34,814 nt of DNA from Candidatus Poseidoniaceae archaeon (GTDB lineage: Archaea; Thermoplasmatota; Poseidoniia; Poseidoniales; Poseidoniaceae): the NCBI GenBank assembly GCA_023254445.1, contig JALRLN010000003.1, positions 1-34,814 of the forward strand, read 5' to 3'. Positions 15,642-23,448 of this stretch are shown in pieces (the stretch's first letter is position 1; each line of letters opens with the position of its first letter). A program made the position numbers and the translations under genes. Below the pieces are notes generated by a model. It saw nothing but the letters and a program-made list of their open reading frames with translations, was not told the origin of the DNA and did no database searches.

Positions 15642-18600
15642 GCGTGAGCTTGCCTCCCGGGGAGGCCGTCGACGTCGAACTTGACCTTGGAAGCCTCATG
15701 CCGTTTGAACACGGCTTTGTCACAACGTGGGTCGGCCGAAGGAAGACACCCTCCGGACACCGTCTGGTTCGTGGTCACAGGGTGATTGGTTGGCTCGCTG
15801 CCTCGGAAGCCGGGTTGATTGGGGGTGCAGAGGGCCAGGCGGCTTTGCTGAGCCTTGAGGCGGACGCCGAACACGTTCGGCATGTTGCGGAATCGTGGAC
15901 CCTCGGAGAACTTGCAGACGTGCTGATGCTGATGCCGAGCGTGGTGCTCCATGCAGTGGACCTCGAGGGACTGCCGTCCGGGCCGGGCCCAGCACGTCGC
16001 TTGCTGTCCCGCTCGGCTTCGGTCATCATGGCAGCGTTGAACGAGGATCCTGAAGTCCTTGGAGCCGTTTTGGTTGACCAAGGCCTGCTCGTCGACCATA
16101 CCGGGCACGTGCCTGGTGATACGGACGAACTCGCTGGCTTGGTGGCCGACACCATGCGCACCCGTCAAACGATTGCAGGAGGTCTTGGTCTTCCCGAGGA
16201 AGGGCACTGGACGCTCGCCACACCGCAGGGCTCCGTGCTCTTGGCTTCGGCTGCTGACCTTGCTCTTGGCGTGTGGACGGCATCAGGTTCGGACCACCGG
16301 CGCTTGCTTCAACGGATGGCCAACGCCGTCTCCGGCAGCGCGGGTGACGACGGGCAGGCAGGGCACCTGCCGGAAGGGTTCGTTCTTCGCGAAGGAAAGA
16401 GCGGACCTGATGCTGTCCTCTCGATGCTCCGCGTCGCTCGAGAAGAGCAAGTGTACGGCCACCTCAGCGTCGGGGCCGGTGAACGAACCACGGCGGTGGT
16501 GCTGCTCTCTGGCCGCCCAGTGGGCTTGGTTTCCTCAAGCGCCGCGACGTTGGAAGAAGCGGTGTACGACCTGACAGACCGTCGACGTGTGGCCAGATTG
16601 CACCAACTCCCACTCGACGCGGCGATTGGCGAAGGCACCGCCAACGTTCCAGGTTTCACGCTCGCCGCCTTCGGTGCCTCCATCGCCAGCAGCCGCTCAC
16701 GCACGGAAGACCGCAAAGACACCCTCATGGCTCGCTACGAGGACATCTTAGGGTTCGATGTCGGCCTTGAATCGCTTGGCCCGAAGGTTGCCCACCTCGG
16801 TGAAGCAGCCGAGGGCGTCGACCACCTGAGCACCGGCGACAGCCCGAGGCTGGTGATCGACGCGGGATACCGCCAACGGCTTGAAGACGCCGAGCACCGA
16901 ATGGACGGCCTTCAACAGGAAGCAGCAGCACTTCAGGCCCGACTCGAACAGGCCGAAAACGCACGGATGCGCGCAGAAGTGGCACTCCGCGAAGCCAAGG
17001 ACGCCACAGGGGAAGGCCAGGACCGACTTCGTGCGACAGGCGCAGACCTCGACCAAGCAAAGCTGGCCGTCGCGGAAGCCGAACGTCGCGCGGAAGCGGC
17101 CGAAGCACGCGCTGAACGTTTGGTCCGGCGCACGTCCGAACTCGAGCATCAACTCGAACGCCGAGCGGCAGAACTTGCCCGTACCGTGGCGGATTCAGGG
17201 AGCAGGGAGGCCCTTGCTTCGACCTTGGCAGGCATGGCTGAGGAAGAGGCTCGCGTCAAGGCGGAGCTGCAAACAAGCGCAGAGCGGTTGACAGAAGTCA
17301 AGCGACGGCTGGTGGAGGACGAGCGGCACCTTCGCCTCCTTGAAGAGCAGACGTCGGCTGCCCACGAGCGCCAAGCAAACGCGGTACGGGACCTTGCAGT
17401 AACCGAGGACGGCGTACGAGCAGGAAAGGCCGAACTTGCAGCGGTGGAGGCAGAAGTTCGCGCCGCCCGACGTCGGGCGGACGACGAACGCGAACGTCGA
17501 AGGGAGGACGAAGTTCGTCGTTCCCACCTTGAATCTGAAATCCGAGGGCTGTTGGAGGAACGCCGTACTGTGCTTCGCGAACTTGGAGACCTTGGTGTGC
17601 AGCGCGGGCAATCCGAGGCTCAGGTCGCTCACCTCGCCGATCAGGCCGACGCCTTGGCCACGGCTCATGAAGCGGCACTTGCCGACATCGAAGAAGCACG
17701 ACGTCTCCGTGCGAGGCTCACGGACGAGCCTCTTGCACAAGCCCTGCTGGAAGACGGAGCGTCCATGGCGGCGCTTGGTCCGGTGCTGGAACGCTTGGAA
17801 CATACACGAGCGCAAGGCTACTCGGTCGTCTTGTTGGACAAGGCCGTCGAACGCGCGTTGCAGGTCATTGGCACCGTGGTCGACCGTGCAGCCGAGACGC
17901 CGCGACACCTGCTTTCCAACGACGTGATGCTGCTGCTTGAACAGCAGGTCCCTGAAACGGCGGGGATCGTTCGAGGCCTGACTCGATGGTCCGTTCAGCA
18001 ACGACTGGAACACTCGCTGAAGCAGGCCGTCACGGACGTTGTGCTCGACTTGGAGCACCTGCTCGAAGACCAAGACCGTGCCATCACCATGCTCCGTCGC
18101 ACCAGAAACGTGCTCGAACAATTGGCCCGCTTGGGTGCGCCACAAGACGAGATCGATGCGCTCATGTCACGTTGCAGGTATCCAGAGGCGCTGCCGGACA
18201 TCGCTGCCGCAACGCAGCGGCTCATTCGCGTGGCCTTGGACGACATCCACCTCGAAGCCGATCAGCGCGACGCGGGTGCTTCGGTCGCCCTGGCCTTGAC
18301 CGCCGAAGCCCTCGAAGAATTGCTGAGCCAACTTGAGGCTGCGGGCCTTGTTGGCGGTCGGCCTGCAGGTCATCTTTGGGCCTTCATGGCAAGCGGGCTG
18401 CTCCCCTCTGAGGCCGGACACGCCCCATCAGCAGCACCCGAGGATGATGTTCTGCCCCTTGAGGAGGCTCCACCGGAGGAACCCGCACCTGAAGAGGCGG
18501 ATGCCACGGAGGCTCCCCATCCACCGGTCCCGGCGGCGTCGCGCTCCTTGCCACCGCTCGACGACGCCGAAGAACGGATGCGCCTTGAGGCTGAACTTGC

Positions 18601-18721
18601 TGCCTTGGACGCAGCACGGGCCCCCCACGGGCAAGGCCGTGAGCACGTCGAGGAGGGTTTGGATGCTGGCATGGCGGCCTTGGCAGCGCTCGAGGCACGC
18701 TTGGGTGATCTGGAACTTTGA
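15638..18721 (+). CDS. 1027-aa multidomain protein: DUF2226/DUF4388(PATAN)-like, Roadblock/LC7, second DUF2226-like, long coiled coil, helical C-terminal region
   Basis: RBS GGAGGTG at 15626-15632. Roadblock 'EDPEVLGAVLVDQGLLV...DELAGLVA...WTLATPQGSVLL...LALGVWT' at about 16020-16330. Two 'LPxG...G(F/H)...L..G.(V/P)(I/V)G' units at about 15638-15950 and 16363-16620. Heptad-rich region at about 16870-17740. No Walker motifs. Confidence 0.75.
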   Translation: MSVSLPPGEAVDVELDLGSLMPFEHGFVTTWVGRRKTPSGHRLVRGHRVIGWLAASEAGLIGGAEGQAALLSLEADAEHVRHVAESWTLGELADVLMLMPSVVLHAVDLEGLPSGPGPARRLLSRSASVIMAALNEDPEVLGAVLVDQGLLVDHTGHVPGDTDELAGLVADTMRTRQTIAGGLGLPEEGHWTLATPQGSVLLASAADLALGVWTASGSDHRRLLQRMANAVSGSAGDDGQAGHLPEGFVLREGKSGPDAVLSMLRVAREEQVYGHLSVGAGERTTAVVLLSGRPVGLVSSSAATLEEAVYDLTDRRRVARLHQLPLDAAIGEGTANVPGFTLAAFGASIASSRSRTEDRKDTLMARYEDILGFDVGLESLGPKVAHLGEAAEGVDHLSTGDSPRLVIDAGYRQRLEDAEHRMDGLQQEAAALQARLEQAENARMRAEVALREAKDATGEGQDRLRATGADLDQAKLAVAEAERRAEAAEARAERLVRRTSELEHQLERRAAELARTVADSGSREALASTLAGMAEEEARVKAELQTSAERLTEVKRRLVEDERHLRLLEEQTSAAHERQANAVRDLAVTEDGVRAGKAELAAVEAEVRAARRRADDERERRREDEVRRSHLESEIRGLLEERRTVLRELGDLGVQRGQSEAQVAHLADQADALATAHEAALADIEEARRLRARLTDEPLAQALLEDGASMAALGPVLERLEHTRAQGYSVVLLDKAVERALQVIGTVVDRAAETPRHLLSNDVMLLLEQQVPETAGIVRGLTRWSVQQRLEHSLKQAVTDVVLDLEHLLEDQDRAITMLRRTRNVLEQLARLGAPQDEIDALMSRCRYPEALPDIAAATQRLIRVALDDIHLEADQRDAGASVALALTAEALEELLSQLEAAGLVGGRPAGHLWAFMASGLLPSEAGHAPSAAPEDDVLPLEEAPPEEPAPEEADATEAPHPPVPAASRSLPPLDDAEERMRLEAELAALDAARAPHGQGREHVEEGLDAGMAALAALEARLGDLEL

Positions 18722-18730
18722 GGTGGCTGT

Positions 18731-18985
18731 GTGAGCGAGCGTTGGCCTTTGCCACCTCAGCGCGACCACTCCATCGTCGACCGGCCGTACCCGCTCTTTC
18801 TCGAGCGCGTGGTGCTTTTCTTGCTGCTCTGCGGGATCGTCGCGCTTGTGGTGGTGGGAGCGCGTGCGCTCCCTTGGTCGCCGTGGTTGACCGTCCCGCT
18901 GATGCTGCCGTTGGCCTTCGTTCTCTGGGTGTCGTTGGGGGAGCGGCTTGGGGGCCTGGTCCAGTTGGCGCACCTCGACCGATGA
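18731..18985 (+). CDS. Small 2-TM hypothetical membrane protein
   Basis: GAGGTGG RBS overlapping the upstream stop. Two hydrophobic segments. Exactly fills the gap to the convergent gene. Confidence 0.7.
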   Translation: MSERWPLPPQRDHSIVDRPYPLFLERVVLFLLLCGIVALVVVGARALPWSPWLTVPLMLPLAFVLWVSLGERLGGLVQLAHLDR

Positions 18986-20209
18986 TCACAGCCAAACGTT
19001 GTCCTTCGGGGTCTCGTCCTCCGAACCACCCACCAGGTTTCCAACGACGAGGGCACGGAGTTGGGCCAAACGTCCCCAGGGCACGAGGAGGCGTAGGGTC
19101 GCTGCGACGCCGAGGAACAACAAGGCGGAAATGACGACCCCATAGGTCAACCTGAGTTCAATGGAATCCGACACTTGGCTTGCCCACTGGCTCCCAGTGG
19201 TCGTGGTGACGATCTCCAGAAGCACCCCATGGAAGCCAAGGGCCACCATGGTGGCCAGCCCCGTGAGGGTCAGGTACAGCGCAGTGTGCCGGAGGTGGCT
19301 GTTCAGGACGTTGTCCATTTGGCGTACGTACTCTTCGTCCCGCTTGCAGGATTCTGGGAGCCGGTAGGCGTACTCGAGGTGACGAATCACGCCGAAGGCG
19401 GACTCTTGGAAGACCATCATCAGGACAGCGATGAGGATGAGCGAGAGTTGCTGCGAGGTGACGAGTTTGAAGCCAAGCAGGCCGACCTCTGGTGTTCCAA
19501 CTTGCGTGTCGAGCGTGGACAACCCGTCGCCGTACGCACCGAGTTGGTTCAGGACCACAGGGAAGGTGAGGATGGCGTGAAGTCCGAGGAAAAGAAGCGT
19601 GAAACCGATGGACCACACCACGGCCTGACGGGACAGCCCCCAAATTCCTCGCGTTCCCATGATGACGGGGAGGAGGTACACAAAGAGGACCAGCAAGGAC
19701 AGAATGAGCATCAACGGCCATTGGAGCAAGGCCAGTTCGCTTTGGTCGGGGAGGTCAAGACGGAACTCGATGATCATGCCTCCAACCCACGCCAGCATCA
19801 TGCGTCCGACCAGCAGCACGATGAGGGACACAATCACGCCAATCCGAATTCGTTGCTGGAGTTTCGGAGGCTGGAACGCGAGGAGCGCCATGCTTCCACC
19901 AAGGGATAAACCGAGCACCAGAGGGACGGTGAATCGCGCAAGTCCTTGCCGCCCAACACCCGTCAGCCAGTCCCCGAGGGGAAGATCGGAGCCCATGATG
20001 ACTTCCAGCGTGTCGAAGAGCATCGTGTGGTCGATGGAGCCGACCACGTAGGTGCCGATCACCTCGAGGTACATCCACACCAAGGCCACCGTAGCGATCA
20101 CCTGCAGGGCGAGGATCTGCCATTGCTTTCGGAGGTTCCTCAAGTGCAGCGTGTGGCGATGGCCGCCGCTGTGGGTGATGTCCGATTGAACGTCAACCTC
20201 GCCTGCCAT
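18986..20209 (-). CDS. Hypothetical polytopic membrane protein (about 8 TM)
   Basis: 407-aa hydrophobic ORF starting 1 nt after the DUF58 stop. No family recognised. Confidence 0.8.
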   Translation of the reverse strand: MAGEVDVQSDITHSGGHRHTLHLRNLRKQWQILALQVIATVALVWMYLEVIGTYVVGSIDHTMLFDTLEVIMGSDLPLGDWLTGVGRQGLARFTVPLVLGLSLGGSMALLAFQPPKLQQRIRIGVIVSLIVLLVGRMMLAWVGGMIIEFRLDLPDQSELALLQWPLMLILSLLVLFVYLLPVIMGTRGIWGLSRQAVVWSIGFTLLFLGLHAILTFPVVLNQLGAYGDGLSTLDTQVGTPEVGLLGFKLVTSQQLSLILIAVLMMVFQESAFGVIRHLEYAYRLPESCKRDEEYVRQMDNVLNSHLRHTALYLTLTGLATMVALGFHGVLLEIVTTTTGSQWASQVSDSIELRLTYGVVISALLFLGVAATLRLLVPWGRLAQLRALVVGNLVGGSEDETPKDNVWL

Positions 20210-20210
20210 G

Positions 20211-21464
20211 TCAGTACCCCCTCACTTGCATCAGGGCCTGAGCGAGGTCCATGTCCGGCATCCAGTCGATGACCTGCGCTCCAGAACTGGCGAGGCTTGT
20301 CAACCTGTTTTGGCGCTCCATCCTCAGCACCTCGTACGAGAGCCGAGGGATGCGGCTCACCAACCGCTCAAAGTCGATGGAGGACGGTGTCAGGACGGTG
20401 ACGTCGTGACCACGTCCAACGAGGTCACGAACCGCTGCAGGCACCGTCCCATCGCCTTCGACGCTGGAGATGATGAACACCGGCGAGCCGCGGCTGAAGC
20501 GGCCGGACACCGAATTCGTGACGGCCTGGAGGGGCATTTCGCCGGTGTGGCTCACGCCAGCAAGCGTGCTGAGGATCTTGAAGTACTGCTTGTCACCGGT
20601 GTCCGGTGGCAGGTAGGACAAGCCGTCACCATACACAGCCAGGGCGACGGAATCCCTCCGTTGTAGGAAGTACGAGGCAAGGGAAGCAGCGGAAACGCAC
20701 CCCATCTCGAGCGGGTTCTTGAGGACGGTTCCGATCCGGGAAATCTCACGAGCATCGAGCAGGATGAAGACGTCAGTGACTGCATCCCGACACTTTTCGT
20801 TCACCATCAACTCGCCCGTTCGAGCATACGCCTTCCAGTTGATGCTCTTGAACGGGTCACCGGGGACGTATTCGCGAAGGGAGTAGAACTCAGACCCTTG
20901 GCCGGGGGTTCGGAGGGTTGTGGCACCCGTGTACATCTTGGGCGTTCGGCTGCGAAGGAAGGCTTCCTCAACGTCCTTGACCTGAGGGAAGACGATGATG
21001 TCGGAGTGGTGATCGATGCGCATTTCTTCGACGCCGAGGTTGAACGTGTTGCGGTGACGAAGGGAGACAGGTCCGATGGTGTAGTGCCCCCGAAGCGGGC
21101 ATCGAAGCACGTACCTGATGCGCGCAGACTCACCTGGGGCGAGGTCCAATCGCATCTGGTTCAAGCCGCTTCGGAGTTTCATCTCGTGAGGTACGTTGTC
21201 GAACACCTCGAGGGTTTGCGTCCGACGAAGGCTGCGGTTGATGACGAGAAGTTCGACGTACAGGTCGTCGCCTTTGTACAGGTTGTCGGCCGACAGGGTC
21301 CGCTGAACTTCGATGTCACCATGCCCCGTCATCCATGCGTTCACGGTGATGAACGCGATGAACGCGAATCCAAGGATCATCATTTGATGGTTGGAAATCA
21401 TCATGCCAATGAGCACCAAGGCGAGGCCTGCAACGATGGTGAAGGCCGCCTTCCTTGTCCACAT
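20211..21464 (-). CDS. DUF58 domain (vWA-like) membrane-anchored protein
   Basis: Two N-terminal TMs, an Ig-like segment, and the 'EFYSLREYVPGDPFKSINWKAYAR...LMVNE' DUF58 signature. Confidence 0.92.
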   Translation of the reverse strand: MWTRKAAFTIVAGLALVLIGMMISNHQMMILGFAFIAFITVNAWMTGHGDIEVQRTLSADNLYKGDDLYVELLVINRSLRRTQTLEVFDNVPHEMKLRSGLNQMRLDLAPGESARIRYVLRCPLRGHYTIGPVSLRHRNTFNLGVEEMRIDHHSDIIVFPQVKDVEEAFLRSRTPKMYTGATTLRTPGQGSEFYSLREYVPGDPFKSINWKAYARTGELMVNEKCRDAVTDVFILLDAREISRIGTVLKNPLEMGCVSAASLASYFLQRRDSVALAVYGDGLSYLPPDTGDKQYFKILSTLAGVSHTGEMPLQAVTNSVSGRFSRGSPVFIISSVEGDGTVPAAVRDLVGRGHDVTVLTPSSIDFERLVSRIPRLSYEVLRMERQNRLTSLASSGAQVIDWMPDMDLAQALMQVRGY

Positions 21465-21476
21465 CCAGACCCCTCC

Positions 21477-23111
21477 TCAGGCGCGCCCCCACGCCTTGAT
21501 GCGCTTGACAAGCGCGACCGTTTCTTCGAGGCTGTACCTCCCGGGCTTCACGGCAAAGGAAGCCAAGGCTTCGTCACCGATGAGGGCGACCAATTCGTTG
21601 ACTTCCAGCGCATCAAATTCTTCTCGTGTCAGTCCGTTTTGGTTTCGAACCTTCGAGAGCAAGACCTGGCGAATTTTCTCGCTTTTCGTGTAGTAATCGT
21701 AGCGTTCGGCGTCGCCAAACCCGTAGTAGATGATGCTGAACACGTGCCGCCACGACTGAGGGTCCCGCTTGCGAAGGAGGACCATCTCAAACGCGAGGAA
21801 GAGACCAACGAACAGGACCGCCATCGCGAGGCCTTCTCCTGTGAAGTACACGAGCAGGAAGTAGATCGTGTTGTATCCTTCCGTGACCAGAACGTTCTGG
21901 GTGTGGCGGCTTTCGTCGAAGATCACCTGCGCGTTCGAAGAGGGGGCAGCCCCTTCCTGGTTCGGGTCATCAAGGGCTTCAGCGATGATGTCCAACATGA
22001 GGCGACGGTTGTCGTTTTCAGGGATCGAGCGCTCAACGTCAGACTCGGCCTTGGTTTCGTCGGGATAGGCTCCTTCGTTGAAGGACTCGTAATCGTAGAG
22101 GGCGTTGATGAGCATGCTGCCGTCGGCGAAGAAGAGGATGCGGCCACCGTCGTCGGGGTCGCAACTTCGGTCCACGCAGGCTTCGACGCTGAGGTTGAAT
22201 TGTCCCCAAAGGTCCGGCGTTTCGGCCGTCACTTCGTTGCCGACCCAAATTTCCCCATCCCCGTTCACGTCCACTGTTGCCTCGTTGCTCGTTGTGGCGA
22301 GCACGTGCACCTCACGCAAGGCGCCGCGCACGTCCGGCACAATCTCGATGCCCGTGGCCACGTTGAGCAGCACGCGGTAACTTGCGTTGAACTCCACAAC
22401 GCCGAGTTCGCCACTTGTTGGCGTCCAGTGTTGAATGCACAAGCCCGCTTCGTCCCGTGCCATGGTTTCGCCGTCGAGGAGTGCACACGGATGCGTCACG
22501 GTTTCCGCCTCGTCGCCCCAGCGGGGATGGGTGGCGACCGTCGTGAGGTCCAATTCCGTTCCATTCATGCCACAGGGGCTTGATTGCACGCACATCCAGA
22601 TGTAGTTGTAATCGAGTTCAGTTGCGTACAAGGTGTCGTACACCTGCCAACCGCCGTAGTTCAGTCCAAACGCGTCGGCGATGCCACCTGCATACCCGAA
22701 ATCCTCCATCACGATGACGGTGCCACCGTCTTCGACGAATTTCACAATGGCTTCGATTTCAGAGGGACTGTAGCCGTCCTCCGAAGCAAACCGAACCAAG
22801 CCATCGGGGTCAAACTGCGGCAGGGAGAGCGTGTCGCGCTCCATGCCTGCAATCACAAAGGTCGTGTTGCGCGGATCGTCGATGTCGGCAAGCAGGAGCG
22901 GGCTGCTGACAAGGGAGCGTGTTTCCACCCCCATCGCGTCAAGGTCCTCGCGGAAGGCAGAGAGGTCGTTCCAGTCGTCGTCGTAGGCAGACAACTGCTC
23001 AATGTTGGCGAGGTTGACGAAGTTCAGCAAGACCATCATCGCCACAACGCCCAGCACCGCCCAAAACGCGGTCTGGAGGGCGAGCCTCCGCATCTTCGTC
23101 GTCACCTGCAT
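21477..23111 (-). CDS. DUF4350-like (GATase-fold) extracellular protein with N- and C-terminal membrane anchors
   Basis: 'LSAYDDDWNDLSAF', 'YSPSEIEAIVKFVEDGGTVIVMEDFG', 'GRILFFADGSMLIN', 'VIFDESRH'. GGTGAGG RBS. Confidence 0.7.
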   Translation of the reverse strand: MQVTTKMRRLALQTAFWAVLGVVAMMVLLNFVNLANIEQLSAYDDDWNDLSAFREDLDAMGVETRSLVSSPLLLADIDDPRNTTFVIAGMERDTLSLPQFDPDGLVRFASEDGYSPSEIEAIVKFVEDGGTVIVMEDFGYAGGIADAFGLNYGGWQVYDTLYATELDYNYIWMCVQSSPCGMNGTELDLTTVATHPRWGDEAETVTHPCALLDGETMARDEAGLCIQHWTPTSGELGVVEFNASYRVLLNVATGIEIVPDVRGALREVHVLATTSNEATVDVNGDGEIWVGNEVTAETPDLWGQFNLSVEACVDRSCDPDDGGRILFFADGSMLINALYDYESFNEGAYPDETKAESDVERSIPENDNRRLMLDIIAEALDDPNQEGAAPSSNAQVIFDESRHTQNVLVTEGYNTIYFLLVYFTGEGLAMAVLFVGLFLAFEMVLLRKRDPQSWRHVFSIIYYGFGDAERYDYYTKSEKIRQVLLSKVRNQNGLTREEFDALEVNELVALIGDEALASFAVKPGRYSLEETVALVKRIKAWGRA

Positions 23112-23199
23112 GGCCTCACCTTTGGAGCATCATTCAGACAACGACGCCTTCGCGCGCGTTTAGAAGGTTGCTCAGGAATGTGGCTTCGTGCATCACCCG

Positions 23200-23439
23200 T
23201 CATTGGTGAAGACGGACCACCGAGGCGATCTGTTGGACGACGTCGATGGGGATCTCGACGAGGCGATTGGTGGAAGGCCACGGGAGTTGCTCTGTGTTGA
23301 TGTTCTCCAACGGAGCGACGATGATGTGGCTCAGCGCCCCGGTGCCTTCAGCGATTCGTAAATCGACCACGTTTCCAAGGGCTTCGCCAGCGACGTCATG
23401 CACAGGGCGACCAATGATTTCCAGCGCGAAGCTCGCCAT
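23200..23439 (-). CDS. Stand-alone PRC-barrel protein (archaeal CdpB-like)
   Basis: 79 aa, 'IIGRPVHDVAGEALGNVVDLRI...G.L..IIV...IPIDVVQQIASVVRL', the PRC-barrel pattern. Confidence 0.85.
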   Translation of the reverse strand: MASFALEIIGRPVHDVAGEALGNVVDLRIAEGTGALSHIIVAPLENINTEQLPWPSTNRLVEIPIDVVQQIASVVRLHQ

Positions 23440-23448
23440 TGTCGTCCC

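Noticed and set aside
15638..18721. SMC/Rad50 chromosome segregation ATPase
   Set aside because: Has a long coiled coil but no Walker A/B, signature motif or hinge/zinc hook.
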